DNA of 63,296 bases from Synechococcales cyanobacterium VAR_4_metabat_354 (GTDB lineage: Bacteria > Cyanobacteriota > Cyanobacteriia > Cyanobacteriales > Chamaesiphonaceae), in assembly GCA_031414775.1 (NCBI GenBank), contig JANOQI010000023.1, positions 1 to 63,296 on the forward strand, given 5' to 3'. The notes below the pieces were generated by a model. It searched no databases. It was not told the DNA's origin and worked only from the letters and a program-made list of their open reading frames with translations. Of this stretch, positions 44,510-53,932 are shown piece after piece. Position numbers and translations under genes: made by a program. Within the stretch, counting starts at the first letter, position 1. Every line of letters begins with the position of its first letter.

Positions 44510-45250
44510 TCAAATTGAAGATAGACGGACAATACGAGTGTCGATCGATCCATCCAGATGTAATTCAGTTAAACGCAAACCTGACAGCAAAGAATCGGTC
44601 AGATGAGTATTGCTCTGGGGCAAAAATTGATCGGCGGTGGCTGGACAACCCAAATAGCGAATGTTATGGCTAGTTTTGTCAAAGTCTTGATGAACATGGC
44701 CAAAAAAGACAGTCTGGCAGGAGTCGATCAATTCCAAAATGCGGCGCAAAGCTGTGGCATTCCGCAGGGGGTAAAGAGTATCCATCCAAGGTGAATCGAT
44801 CGAGATAGCATGGTGATGCAGGGCGATCGCAGTGTGTAATGAACCATCATCTACCACCTGCTCTTGTATAAAATCTAGTTCGACGTTCGCTAGTACCCCG
44901 CCGTCATCGCCAGGAACATGAGAATTCAACAACACAAATTGCCAGCCATCTTGAATAAAATACTGCTCGGTAGCTGGCAAAACTTGAGACATCGCCGCCA
45001 AATTATCGTGATTACCAGGTAGCCAAGAAAAAGGAATCTGCAAGGATTGAACGGCAGCTAGTAAGCGTTGGTAAGATTCTACCGATCCATCCTCAGACAA
45101 ATCACCCGATAGGAGTAATCGATCGGGTTGCGGATTAAGGCCACGCAGTAATTCAATTACCAAATGGAATGACCTGTCGGTGTTCCAACCTCGGAGTGTG
45201 CCTTTAGGGTCTTTTTTCAAATGACAGTCACTAATCTGAGCTAGTAGCAT
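44510..45250 (-). CDS. cpdA: 3',5'-cyclic-nucleotide phosphodiesterase (CpdA/Icc-like metallophosphoesterase)
   Basis: QISDCHL, SGDLSED, PGNHD, LHHH, FGHVHQ. Confidence 0.82.
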   Translation of the reverse strand: MLLAQISDCHLKKDPKGTLRGWNTDRSFHLVIELLRGLNPQPDRLLLSGDLSEDGSVESYQRLLAAVQSLQIPFSWLPGNHDNLAAMSQVLPATEQYFIQDGWQFVLLNSHVPGDDGGVLANVELDFIQEQVVDDGSLHTAIALHHHAISIDSPWMDTLYPLRNATALRRILELIDSCQTVFFGHVHQDFDKTSHNIRYLGCPATADQFLPQSNTHLTDSLLSGLRLTELHLDGSIDTRIVRLSSI

Positions 45251-45295
45251 TGATGACCTCTGTGGTGATATTAATAGGTGAAGCGCAGCCGCTAC

Positions 45296-45571
45296 CTAGC
45301 ATTCGATGATCTGTAAATCATCAGTTTCATCAGCCACTGCACCCATTTCCTTTAAAGTTTGCCAGCCCGCCTGCCATTGCTCCCGATCCTTCAGAGCCTT
45401 AGCATTTACCCAAAAACGCACTGTGGGGTCGCAAGAAGAAACCATCTCGGCAAAGACTTGCCCACTTTCATTCTGACGATTAATTACTTGAAAATGCCGC
45501 CAGCCAAAGTTTTTTTGCTTAGAAGTCCATTTAGAACTGAGCAGGTGCGGATATTTGATTTTCTTGGGCAT
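45296..45571 (-). CDS. TIGR02450 family Trp-rich protein
   Basis: SKWT....GWRHFQV..R...F.EM...CD...RFW.N...LKD...W.AGW. Confidence 0.85.
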   Translation of the reverse strand: MPKKIKYPHLLSSKWTSKQKNFGWRHFQVINRQNESGQVFAEMVSSCDPTVRFWVNAKALKDREQWQAGWQTLKEMGAVADETDDLQIIEC

Positions 45572-45639
45572 AGATTTTCGCTGGGCAGTCCCACCATTTT
45601 ACCCTGCCTCGAAAAAATTCAGCAAGCGTCACCTTCAAT

Positions 45640-45693
45640 AAACAACCCAGCCTCCCCAGATAGTAAAGATCTTAGGGTGACTGGGTTGTTTTT
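45640..45693 (-). terminator. Hairpin downstream of the RTX protease gene
   Basis: aaacaacccag...ctgggttgttt outer stem. Confidence 0.5.
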
Positions 45694-45720
45694 TAGGTGA
45701 ATCTACAATATTTTGATATT

Positions 45721-48663
45721 TTAGAAAACCATAAAGTCATTTGCTGATAAGGACGACAGATTACTGAGAGTAGCCACCTGCATAGCGCCAAACTGACCCA
45801 AACTACCATCGCGATCGAAGTACAAGGCACCATTAGAGTTGTTGTAGATAAACCGTTGGTCGGCCGTAGCGGCTGTCGAACTAGTTCCAATCAGGAGTTG
45901 GTTACTATTCAACGCACTACCAGCCGCCAAACCACCACCATAAAGGGCAGCCGAGACGCATAGCTTATCGCTACCAGTCGTGAAATCTGTTAGGCGATCG
46001 ATCCCATTCTGTAAGGCATTTAAGACAAAGCTATCTACGCCCGCCCCGCCGGTTAAAACATCATTGCCAGCACCACCATCTAAGTAATCATCACCAGCAC
46101 CACCAGAAATGGTATTGGTGCCTTTCCCAGAACCGACAATTCGGTTGTTGGTATCGTTACCAGTACCGCTGGCATTGTTGTACAAAGTGAGGTTTTCAAC
46201 GTTGGCAGTCAGGGTGTAGCTGACATTCGAGATCACAGTGTCGATGCCCTCATTGACCGCTTCAGTAATGATATCAGTATCCATTAACCGATAGGTGTCG
46301 TTACCTGCACCACCATTCAAACGATCGGTACCAGTACCACCATTTAAATAGTCATCACCCGCCCCACCATCAATATAGTCATTACCACCTAAGCCAGAGA
46401 GCGTGTCATTGCCGCCCAAACCTTTGATGTAGTCAGCCTTGGTGGAACCAGACAAATTATTATCAGCATCGTTACCAGTGATTTCTTTTAGTCCGCTCTT
46501 CACCGTGATTTTAAAAACATCGCTGGCTTGAGTACCGGCCACATCAGTAGCCAGGATTTGAATATCAACAGCACCCACTTGATCGATCGATGGGGTGCCA
46601 CTAAAGGTGCGGGTACTGGCATTGAAGCTCAACCAAGTTGGTAAAGCACTGCCATCGGCCAGGGTGGCAGTATAGGACAATACATCTCCGGCATCAATAT
46701 CGGTGAAAGTGTCAGTAGGTAAAGTAAAGTTCAAAGCAGTATTGGCATTCAGAGATCGATCGGCAATTGCCTGTTGTAGGATCGGGGCATCATTGACGTT
46801 TTGGACAGTCAATTTGAAGATATCTTCGGCCTTGGCTCCAGCAGTATCAGTTGCGACGATTTTGATATCGACAGCTCCCACTTGGGCGTTAGCGGGAGTG
46901 CCACTAAAAGTCTTGGCGATCGCATCAAACGTCAGCCAAGTAGGTAGAGCAGTACCATCGGCTAAAGTGGCCGTATAGGCTAAGACATCGCCAGCATCCG
47001 CATCGCTGAAAGCATTGGCTGGTAAAGTCCAGGTAAAGGCAGTATCTTCTAGTGTTACTTGGTCTACTAAGGCTTGGTTCAATACTGGTGCCGTATTACT
47101 GGTATTGACAGCGGTGAGAACCCCGTTGATCGCATACTGGCCGAGACTACCGTAGTCACTATAGCCATTAGTACCATCTTTGCCTACTCCATCCACTTGG
47201 AGATAATACAAACCAGCATTCAAGAAAAGATTAGTGAAGTTTGCCGATAGCAAATCGGCAGGGTTGGATTGGGCAACTAGAGCACCATCAGTACTATAGA
47301 TCCCCGCCCATAAGTCCAAATTACTGCCCCGGGCATCTAAATACTGAACACTATAGTTACCATTAGCATCTAAAAGGTAGCTTTTAGATGCCGCCGCAAT
47401 ATTCAGCGAGATATTCCCAGTGCCAGTCGTAAAGGAAAATACATCTTTATCGGTATTACGCTCAATGATCCCAAAGGTGCTGATTTGATTGCTAGCATCA
47501 GCGGACAACAGAGTGGTGGCATTGATACTATTACCATAATCATCTAAGCGGTAGCCAAAACCATTATTGGTAGTAATAATGGCTAAATCATCTTCTTTGT
47601 TATTAGCATACTGGTATTCACCCTTGCTCCACTGGGTCAGGCTTTTGCCGAAGGGAGCACCCATCAAAGATCCCCAACTGGTGTCACCGGTACCATAGCC
47701 AGAGGCATAGCTCTTGGCATCATTAATGGTATCAGTGGGGTTGGAGTCCACCAGACCATCGTGGTCTAGGCCCAGGCTGTGCCCAATCTCATGACTAGCC
47801 GTCATCGCGGCATTGTTTTCCCCTTTATTAAAGGCGAAAATAGGGGTGTCGGTAGAATAGTTGAAACTGTCAAGATAAGCAATGCCACCTGCTCCAGCAA
47901 ATAGCACCTTATTATCAACGGTATTAATATTCTGGGTCATTAAGGTGTGGATACCCCAGCGCGTGTCGCCTGTGCCAACTTTTCGCAGATCCTCAATATT
48001 GGGAGCGATCGTGGTGACATTTACTTCAAACGGGGCAAAATCTTCGGTGACTCGTTGCCAAATGCCAACAATATCTTGCAGCTCGGTGGCACTAAAAACA
48101 GTGGCATTGCCATCGGTGTCATAGGCCGGAGAGATAATCTTGGGAAGAGTAGAGTCATTCCAGTAGGTATTTTCGGTAATATGACCATCAAAATCTAGAT
48201 AGATGGTGTGTTTGGCGTTCGGGTTACTGCTAAGTTTAAAAACGTTGCTGTAATCAAAATTCGTGAGATTAAGGGTGGTGCTGGGACTGGCATTATTAGT
48301 AATAGTGCCTGCCGCTAAAATATTGTCGTTGCTCACCGGATAAGCATCCAGATGATCATGCTGTTCAGGTGGTTGAGGATTGGCTAATAATGGTTGCCAA
48401 GCAAAGTTCGGCTGATAGCGGAACGGTGAAGCAGCGAAGACATTGGGTATATCAGAAAAAGACGATGAAACAGTTTGGTCGCGATCAATCGATAGCTGAG
48501 TTGTAGCAATAGTGCTAATCGATGATTGTTGATTAGCGCTGCTAGCAGCAAATAAGGAGAAGTTGACCGGCGGAGTGTTTCCTTCTAACGAAAGTGTGGC
48601 ATCCGCTGCCGCAACTGCGGAGTTTAGTAATGAATTAAGTGAATTGAGCTGTGAATCAGACAT
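45721..48663 (-). CDS. Secreted Zn-metalloprotease (metzincin) with Ig/cadherin-like repeats and RTX Ca-binding repeats
   Basis: IYLDFDGH, HEIGHSLGLDHDG, Met-turn SLMG; DKDVFSFT (PPC-like); two NxAP...F.D.DAGD.L.YTATLADG.ALPTWL.F...TFSGTP repeats; multiple GGxGxD nonapeptides. Confidence 0.88.
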   Translation of the reverse strand: MSDSQLNSLNSLLNSAVAAADATLSLEGNTPPVNFSLFAASSANQQSSISTIATTQLSIDRDQTVSSSFSDIPNVFAASPFRYQPNFAWQPLLANPQPPEQHDHLDAYPVSNDNILAAGTITNNASPSTTLNLTNFDYSNVFKLSSNPNAKHTIYLDFDGHITENTYWNDSTLPKIISPAYDTDGNATVFSATELQDIVGIWQRVTEDFAPFEVNVTTIAPNIEDLRKVGTGDTRWGIHTLMTQNINTVDNKVLFAGAGGIAYLDSFNYSTDTPIFAFNKGENNAAMTASHEIGHSLGLDHDGLVDSNPTDTINDAKSYASGYGTGDTSWGSLMGAPFGKSLTQWSKGEYQYANNKEDDLAIITTNNGFGYRLDDYGNSINATTLLSADASNQISTFGIIERNTDKDVFSFTTGTGNISLNIAAASKSYLLDANGNYSVQYLDARGSNLDLWAGIYSTDGALVAQSNPADLLSANFTNLFLNAGLYYLQVDGVGKDGTNGYSDYGSLGQYAINGVLTAVNTSNTAPVLNQALVDQVTLEDTAFTWTLPANAFSDADAGDVLAYTATLADGTALPTWLTFDAIAKTFSGTPANAQVGAVDIKIVATDTAGAKAEDIFKLTVQNVNDAPILQQAIADRSLNANTALNFTLPTDTFTDIDAGDVLSYTATLADGSALPTWLSFNASTRTFSGTPSIDQVGAVDIQILATDVAGTQASDVFKITVKSGLKEITGNDADNNLSGSTKADYIKGLGGNDTLSGLGGNDYIDGGAGDDYLNGGTGTDRLNGGAGNDTYRLMDTDIITEAVNEGIDTVISNVSYTLTANVENLTLYNNASGTGNDTNNRIVGSGKGTNTISGGAGDDYLDGGAGNDVLTGGAGVDSFVLNALQNGIDRLTDFTTGSDKLCVSAALYGGGLAAGSALNSNQLLIGTSSTAATADQRFIYNNSNGALYFDRDGSLGQFGAMQVATLSNLSSLSANDFMVF

Positions 48664-48791
48664 CGGGGGGTTAGGGTAATATTGGCAGCCAAAACCATCC
48701 GCAACTAGGCTGAAACACAGACTAATCAGGGATGATAGCCAAAGTTAACACTTTCCAAAAATGTATGGTGTGATCTGGGGATGACTCTGAT

Positions 48792-49424
48792 TCAATCCCT
48801 GACTTCAACAGAATTCATTAACTGCTGAGCCAAATAGGTGATGCTTTGCCAATCACCCTCTGCCACCATTGTTAGGGGAAACAAAGAACCCGCCAAACCC
48901 ACCGCGATCGATCCCGCTGCAATCAACTCCCTGGCATTGGTCACTGTCACCCCACCCGTCGGAATGAGCGGAATCTGACCCAGCGGATCGCGTAAAGCTC
49001 TAATGTAGTCGGCTCCGCCCATGGCCTGCACTGGAAAGACCTTGACAGCCGTCGCACCCGCTTGCCAAGCCGTGACAATTTCGGTGGGTGACAATGCTCC
49101 CGGAAACATCGGCATTCTGATCGATCGAGACTGAGCAATTAGTTGCACATCCACATGGGGACTAAACATAAACTGTGCCCCACTACTCACCGCATTTTGC
49201 CAGTCGGCTTGATTTAGGATAGTGCCGGTGCCAATCACACAATTCGGTAAAGCTGTCCGCAGTCGATCGATCAGCACCCACGGTCGATTGCTATCAGCGG
49301 TAATTTCAATCAGCCGCATTCCGCCAGCTGCCACCGCCAGCGCCATCTCATAACCTAGTTGTGCTGCGGGTGCCCGAATTACCGCGATTGCCCGCTGTTG
49401 TCTCAATAGTGGTAGCAAGTCCAC
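48792..49424 (-). CDS. eda: KDPG/KHG aldolase
   Basis: IAVIR, IEIT, GTGT, PGALSPTEI, VKVFP, IPTGGV; GTG start overlaps the panB TAG. Confidence 0.92.
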   Translation of the reverse strand: MDLLPLLRQQRAIAVIRAPAAQLGYEMALAVAAGGMRLIEITADSNRPWVLIDRLRTALPNCVIGTGTILNQADWQNAVSSGAQFMFSPHVDVQLIAQSRSIRMPMFPGALSPTEIVTAWQAGATAVKVFPVQAMGGADYIRALRDPLGQIPLIPTGGVTVTNARELIAAGSIAVGLAGSLFPLTMVAEGDWQSITYLAQQLMNSVEVRD

Positions 49425-50206
49425 TAGGGAAAAGTCCTCTGGATAACTTCTTGCTGATAAGTTTGCACTGCGGTGGTAATGCTGCTGCGTAAATCTACAT
49501 AAGTTTTGGCAAAAGGCGGCTGTCGATCGGTTAAACCCAATAAATCGGCGGTCACCAAAACTTGGCCGTCACAACTAGCCCCCGCGCCAATTCCAATCGT
49601 TGGAATGGTGAGCTTGTTGGTAATAGTGGCGGCCAAATCAGCGGGAATATGTTCGAGGACGATCGAGAAAGCACCAGCTGCTTCTAAGGCGATTGCTTCT
49701 GCTAAAATCCGGTGGCGGTCAACTTCAGTTTTACCTTGTTGCCGCCAGCCTAATTGATGCAATGACTGAGGCGTTAACCCAATGTGTCCCATCACCGGAA
49801 TCCCAATTTGTACCAGTCGCTGGACAGTTTCCACCATTGCTGGATGACCGCCCTCCAGTTTGACGGCAGGGGTACCAGTTTCTTTCAGCACCCGGCCAGC
49901 AGATTCGATTGCCGTCGAGATACTTTGCTGATAAGTCAAAAAAGGTAAATCGACCACAATCAAAGCATTTTTTACCGCTCGTTTAACGGCCTGAGCATGG
50001 TAGATCATGGCATCGAGGGTCAGCGGCAAGGTGTTCTCATGACCCCAAGCCACCATTGCCAAAGAATCACCTACCAAAATCAGGTCAATACCCGCTCGAT
50101 CGACAATCTGAGCAATGGCAAAATCCCAAGCAGTTAAGGCCACGATCGGCTTGTGCTGCTGCTTATACTGCATGAGTTGACGAACAGTAATCATCACAAA
50201 GGCCAA
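49424..50206 (-). CDS. panB: 3-methyl-2-oxobutanoate hydroxymethyltransferase
   Basis: [39 protein letters not shown]. Confidence 0.96.
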   Translation of the reverse strand: MAFVMITVRQLMQYKQQHKPIVALTAWDFAIAQIVDRAGIDLILVGDSLAMVAWGHENTLPLTLDAMIYHAQAVKRAVKNALIVVDLPFLTYQQSISTAIESAGRVLKETGTPAVKLEGGHPAMVETVQRLVQIGIPVMGHIGLTPQSLHQLGWRQQGKTEVDRHRILAEAIALEAAGAFSIVLEHIPADLAATITNKLTIPTIGIGAGASCDGQVLVTADLLGLTDRQPPFAKTYVDLRSSITTAVQTYQQEVIQRTFP

Positions 50207-50240
50207 ACTGGTGTTATCGATCGAACATGAGAGCTAAAAA

Positions 50241-50864
50241 TTAAGAAGTAGCCACTTTTGGCTCTGCTGCACCATTAATTTTGTCTGGAGCTGGAGCCAC
50301 GTCTGGTATAAGGCTAACTTTTTGCTGTTCCTTTAAAGCATCACCATAACGCACATCAATTACACTGGCACTGAAATTGTAGTTCTTTTGGTCTATTTCC
50401 ACCGCTGTCCCAATTTTCACTTTAGTCCCACCTAAGGTGAAACCACCTTCCGTAGCCTGACCCTGACCAGCAACGGTAATCAGCATATCCATACTGAAAG
50501 AGTCCGGACGGGGGTCTTTAATAGTTTTTGCGCTCCCATCCGGCATCGTTACAACCATTAGTCTCTCCAGTTGTCGAACATTTTTAATTTCGACAGAACC
50601 AGCTGGTTGATTTCTAATTAAAAAGCTCAACTTATTTCCTGGTTTAAAATTTTCGCGTAGCTTGTTGGGGGAAAGGATATTCAAGCCCCTTACTAATACA
50701 TCTACTTCAGCCGTTCCATTATTATTTCCCAACAATGGGCCAGAGCCATTACCCACCGGGATATATAAAATGCCAATCACTGCTGCCATAATCACCAAGG
50801 CTGCACCAAGATCGAGAATACTAATCTTCCCAAATAACCTGCCTTGCCGATCTAAAATGGACAT
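50241..50864 (-). CDS. DUF4330 domain protein
   Basis: ILDRQGRLFGKISILDLGA + TM, IRNQPAG, PDGS, KVKIG. Confidence 0.85.
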   Translation of the reverse strand: MSILDRQGRLFGKISILDLGAALVIMAAVIGILYIPVGNGSGPLLGNNNGTAEVDVLVRGLNILSPNKLRENFKPGNKLSFLIRNQPAGSVEIKNVRQLERLMVVTMPDGSAKTIKDPRPDSFSMDMLITVAGQGQATEGGFTLGGTKVKIGTAVEIDQKNYNFSASVIDVRYGDALKEQQKVSLIPDVAPAPDKINGAAEPKVATS

Positions 50865-51050
50865 AATTGTAAGTTTCCCGTTGCTGATCTTGAGATGTAC
50901 CAGTAAGCAGTATCAATTTTTCCATCACCTTTGTCAAACGCCGATATTTGAATTCTCGCCTCTGGCAACTTCTGAGCTGTTGATACGTCTGCTCTCCTAA
51001 GTTTGGTTTACCAGCATTTAGTCCTAATTTATTTACGTTAGCAACTTGTT

Positions 51051-51941
51051 ATGTTTAGCAACTATCTCAAGAATTTCCACAAACGCTGGCTGTATGTCTT
51101 TCTTACTGCCTGCATGGCTGCTGTTGTCACGGTCTTTACTCCGCAAACCGGACAAGCCGCTGATTGGCTGCAATTGATTCTCAAGGGTGCTCAAATCATC
51201 CAAATTTCCAATATTTCTGACCAGCAAGAAATGCAGCTGGGTGAAGCCACTAACCAACAAATTCTTCAGCAATTAAAAATACATCCCAGTCGGGAAGCCA
51301 ATGCGTATGTAGATAATATCGGTCAGCGATTGGCGCGAACCAGTGCCCGTCCCAACATGAAATACACATTTCAAGTAGTGCAAGATGATAGCATCAACGC
51401 TTTTGCTACCATGGGCGGCTATGTGTATGTCAATAGCGGTTTAATGAAAATGGCTGATAATGAAGCCCAATTAGCTAGTGTGATTGGTCATGAAATTGGT
51501 CATATTACTGGTCGCCATGGCATTCAACAGATGAAACAGCGGATGATTGCCAGCGGTGTCAGTTCGCTGGCTGGTGTCGATCAAAATACGTTAGCTCAAG
51601 TTGGTGTAGAACTGGCTCTCCGTCGCCCCCAAAGTCGCACCGATGAAAATGATGCCGATCGACGGGGTTTGGATAACCTGATTAGAGCTAACTATGCTCC
51701 TTCCGCAATGCCAGCATTTATGAGCAAACTGGGCAGTGCTAACAACACACCCGCTTTTTTAAGTACTCATCCCTCACCGCCCGATCGAGTGGCCAATCTT
51801 CAGCGCCTCACACCAGTAAGATATCGCAGCCGCACCTATGGGTTAGAATCAGCTGCCTATCGACAACGCATCCAAGCTTACTTTGGTAGTGGAAGTTCCA
51901 AAAACTCTGCCACCGGTAATTCTTACCAGAAGTTGCGTTAG
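51051..51941 (+). CDS. M48 family metallopeptidase
   Basis: INAFATMGG, HEIGH, ENDAD, LSTHP; signal peptide. Confidence 0.9.
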   Translation: MFSNYLKNFHKRWLYVFLTACMAAVVTVFTPQTGQAADWLQLILKGAQIIQISNISDQQEMQLGEATNQQILQQLKIHPSREANAYVDNIGQRLARTSARPNMKYTFQVVQDDSINAFATMGGYVYVNSGLMKMADNEAQLASVIGHEIGHITGRHGIQQMKQRMIASGVSSLAGVDQNTLAQVGVELALRRPQSRTDENDADRRGLDNLIRANYAPSAMPAFMSKLGSANNTPAFLSTHPSPPDRVANLQRLTPVRYRSRTYGLESAAYRQRIQAYFGSGSSKNSATGNSYQKLR

Positions 51942-52720
51942 TTGTAGGCTGCCACCCGGCTGGGATCAATTTGTTTGGTAATCTGCTCTAGTTTCTTGCA
52001 GCGGTACTTTTTACTAAAGACATTGTATTGATGTACCAGCTTATTGTTAATGTCTAGAGCAGTCATCCAACCACTCTTTCGATGGTATGCACCGGTTTCG
52101 ATATTGAGCCACCCCACCCCAGCAGCCAATTCACCTGGTGACACACCTGGAAGGGTAAATGTAATGGTGTGGCCAGTCACAATTATTTTATCTTCAAAAT
52201 AGGGGAAAGCTGAGCTGAAGAATTTCTCGCGCATCCAGCAAAACTGTTGCTCACCTTGCTGATCAAGACGGAGATAAGGATCAACACCAGCATGTACTAA
52301 CCACACATCATCGAGGTCTAAATAGGTGGGCAAACTGGCCATCCAATCCAAATCCGATTTAAGAATTCCTTCTGCTCCGTAACTCTCTAAGGTAGCGTCC
52401 CCACCGGCTTGCAGCCAAAACTTCAACACTCGCTCGTCTTGTGCTTCGTAGACAGCACGAAGTAACATTACCTCATGATTGCCTAGTAAACAAGGGTATT
52501 GGTTATCACGTAAGAACTTGACTACCTGGGCACTCTTGGGACCACGATCGATTAAATCTCCCAAAAAATAAACTTGATCGTCATCACCTAGTTCTACGTT
52601 TTCCAGTAATGCCATGAGGCCATCATAATGACCATGAACGTCACCGATGATAATCCGACGGTTTTTGAAAACAGTTTTAAGGGGTTTAGAATGAGAGGGT
52701 TTAGAGAAAAAGTTGAACAT
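51938..52720 (-). CDS. PPP-family Ser/Thr protein phosphatase (metallophosphoesterase)
   Basis: GDVHG, GDLIDRG, GNHE, VHAG, GHT. Confidence 0.9.
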   Translation of the reverse strand: MFNFFSKPSHSKPLKTVFKNRRIIIGDVHGHYDGLMALLENVELGDDDQVYFLGDLIDRGPKSAQVVKFLRDNQYPCLLGNHEVMLLRAVYEAQDERVLKFWLQAGGDATLESYGAEGILKSDLDWMASLPTYLDLDDVWLVHAGVDPYLRLDQQGEQQFCWMREKFFSSAFPYFEDKIIVTGHTITFTLPGVSPGELAAGVGWLNIETGAYHRKSGWMTALDINNKLVHQYNVFSKKYRCKKLEQITKQIDPSRVAAYN

Positions 52721-52826
52721 AGGTAGCTATAGTGCACAAGCTGAAATTGGAAAGTACCAGCAGCCAATATTGATACCTCAGTATTATAGGTAACCATGGC
52801 TACCTAGAGCTTGTTATATTTATGTC

Positions 52827-53426
52827 ATGGAAATCGCCGCACATCAGACAATTAATTTAATTTGCCAAGCCACCAGCTCTGCTTGGCTAAATCAAGCTCT
52901 GGAACATATCAACATTATCTTACTAGATCATTCCCATTGTGAGCTAAAAGCCGCTAACAATGCTCTGAATTTAATCTTTCGATATCCTAGTTATCCCAAA
53001 CTGATTGAGTATCTAACGGCGATTGCTAAAGAAGAATTAGAGCATTTTAGCCAGGTGAACAAAATCTTGGCCGAGCGTCAGATTGCCCCCGCTCCGCTTA
53101 TGTCCGCTCCCTACGCAGCTGGCCTGAAAAAGCAGATTCGATCGAATGGTCAGGAGCGATTATTGGATTCTTTATTGGTGGGTTGCCTAATTGAAGCCCG
53201 ATCACATGAAAGGCTAGGACTTCTGGGCGCTCACCTACCAGATCCTAAGTTGGCGGCTTTTTATCGCAGTCTCATGGCTTCGGAGGCGCGGCATTTTGGG
53301 GCTTTTTGGTCGTTGGCCGATACTTACTTCGATCGATCACTAGTTCAAACCCGCTTGGCCGAGCTGGCGGAGATTGAAAGTGAATTACTGGTTAATCTTC
53401 ATCCAGAACCCCGGATTCACAGCTAG
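52827..53426 (+). CDS. miaE: tRNA-(ms2io6A) hydroxylase
   Basis: DHSHCELKAA, EELEHF, IEARSHER, SEARH di-iron motifs. Confidence 0.92.
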   Translation: MEIAAHQTINLICQATSSAWLNQALEHINIILLDHSHCELKAANNALNLIFRYPSYPKLIEYLTAIAKEELEHFSQVNKILAERQIAPAPLMSAPYAAGLKKQIRSNGQERLLDSLLVGCLIEARSHERLGLLGAHLPDPKLAAFYRSLMASEARHFGAFWSLADTYFDRSLVQTRLAELAEIESELLVNLHPEPRIHS

Positions 53427-53432
53427 CAAATT

Positions 53433-53918
53433 ATGGACATGCTAATTTACCAAGATTTTTTGATTCGGCCTTGGCAGCCAGCCGATCGACAGGCCATTGC
53501 CGCCGTAGTTGGCACGGTGTTAGCTGAATATGGCTTGGTTTGGGAGCCAGAATTAGCTGATGGTGATGTCTTGGAAATTGAAAAATATTACCTAGAGAGG
53601 GGCGGTGAGTTTTGGTCAATTGAACAGCAGGGTAAAATTGTGGGCAGTGGCGGTTACTATCCTATTCAGCGCGGCGAGCAAGCGGTGGAAATTCGCAAAA
53701 TGTATTTGTTACCAGTAAGCCGGGGTCAGGGTTTGGGTCGGTTTTTATTGGCGGAGCTGGAGAGATCGATCACCCAAAGAAATTTTCGAGAAATCTGGGT
53801 AGAGACCGCGACAGTATTGGCTGAAGCCGTTCAGCTTTATGAAAGCAGTGGTTACTTGCCCGCGACCGGAGTTGAAACAGCGCGGTGCGATCGAGTGTAT
53901 GTTAAATACTTGAATTGA
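53433..53918 (+). CDS. GNAT family N-acetyltransferase
   Basis: EIRKMYL..RGQGLG, A..LYE..GY. Confidence 0.9.
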   Translation: MDMLIYQDFLIRPWQPADRQAIAAVVGTVLAEYGLVWEPELADGDVLEIEKYYLERGGEFWSIEQQGKIVGSGGYYPIQRGEQAVEIRKMYLLPVSRGQGLGRFLLAELERSITQRNFREIWVETATVLAEAVQLYESSGYLPATGVETARCDRVYVKYLN

Positions 53919-53932
53919 TTTACAACTTCCCC

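Noticed and set aside
52790..52803. GTA-N8-TAC (NtcA-like box) between the phosphatase gene and miaE
   Set aside because: No TAN3T -10 box at the usual ~22-nt spacing on either strand, and a 6-base match is expected by chance in 63 kb.
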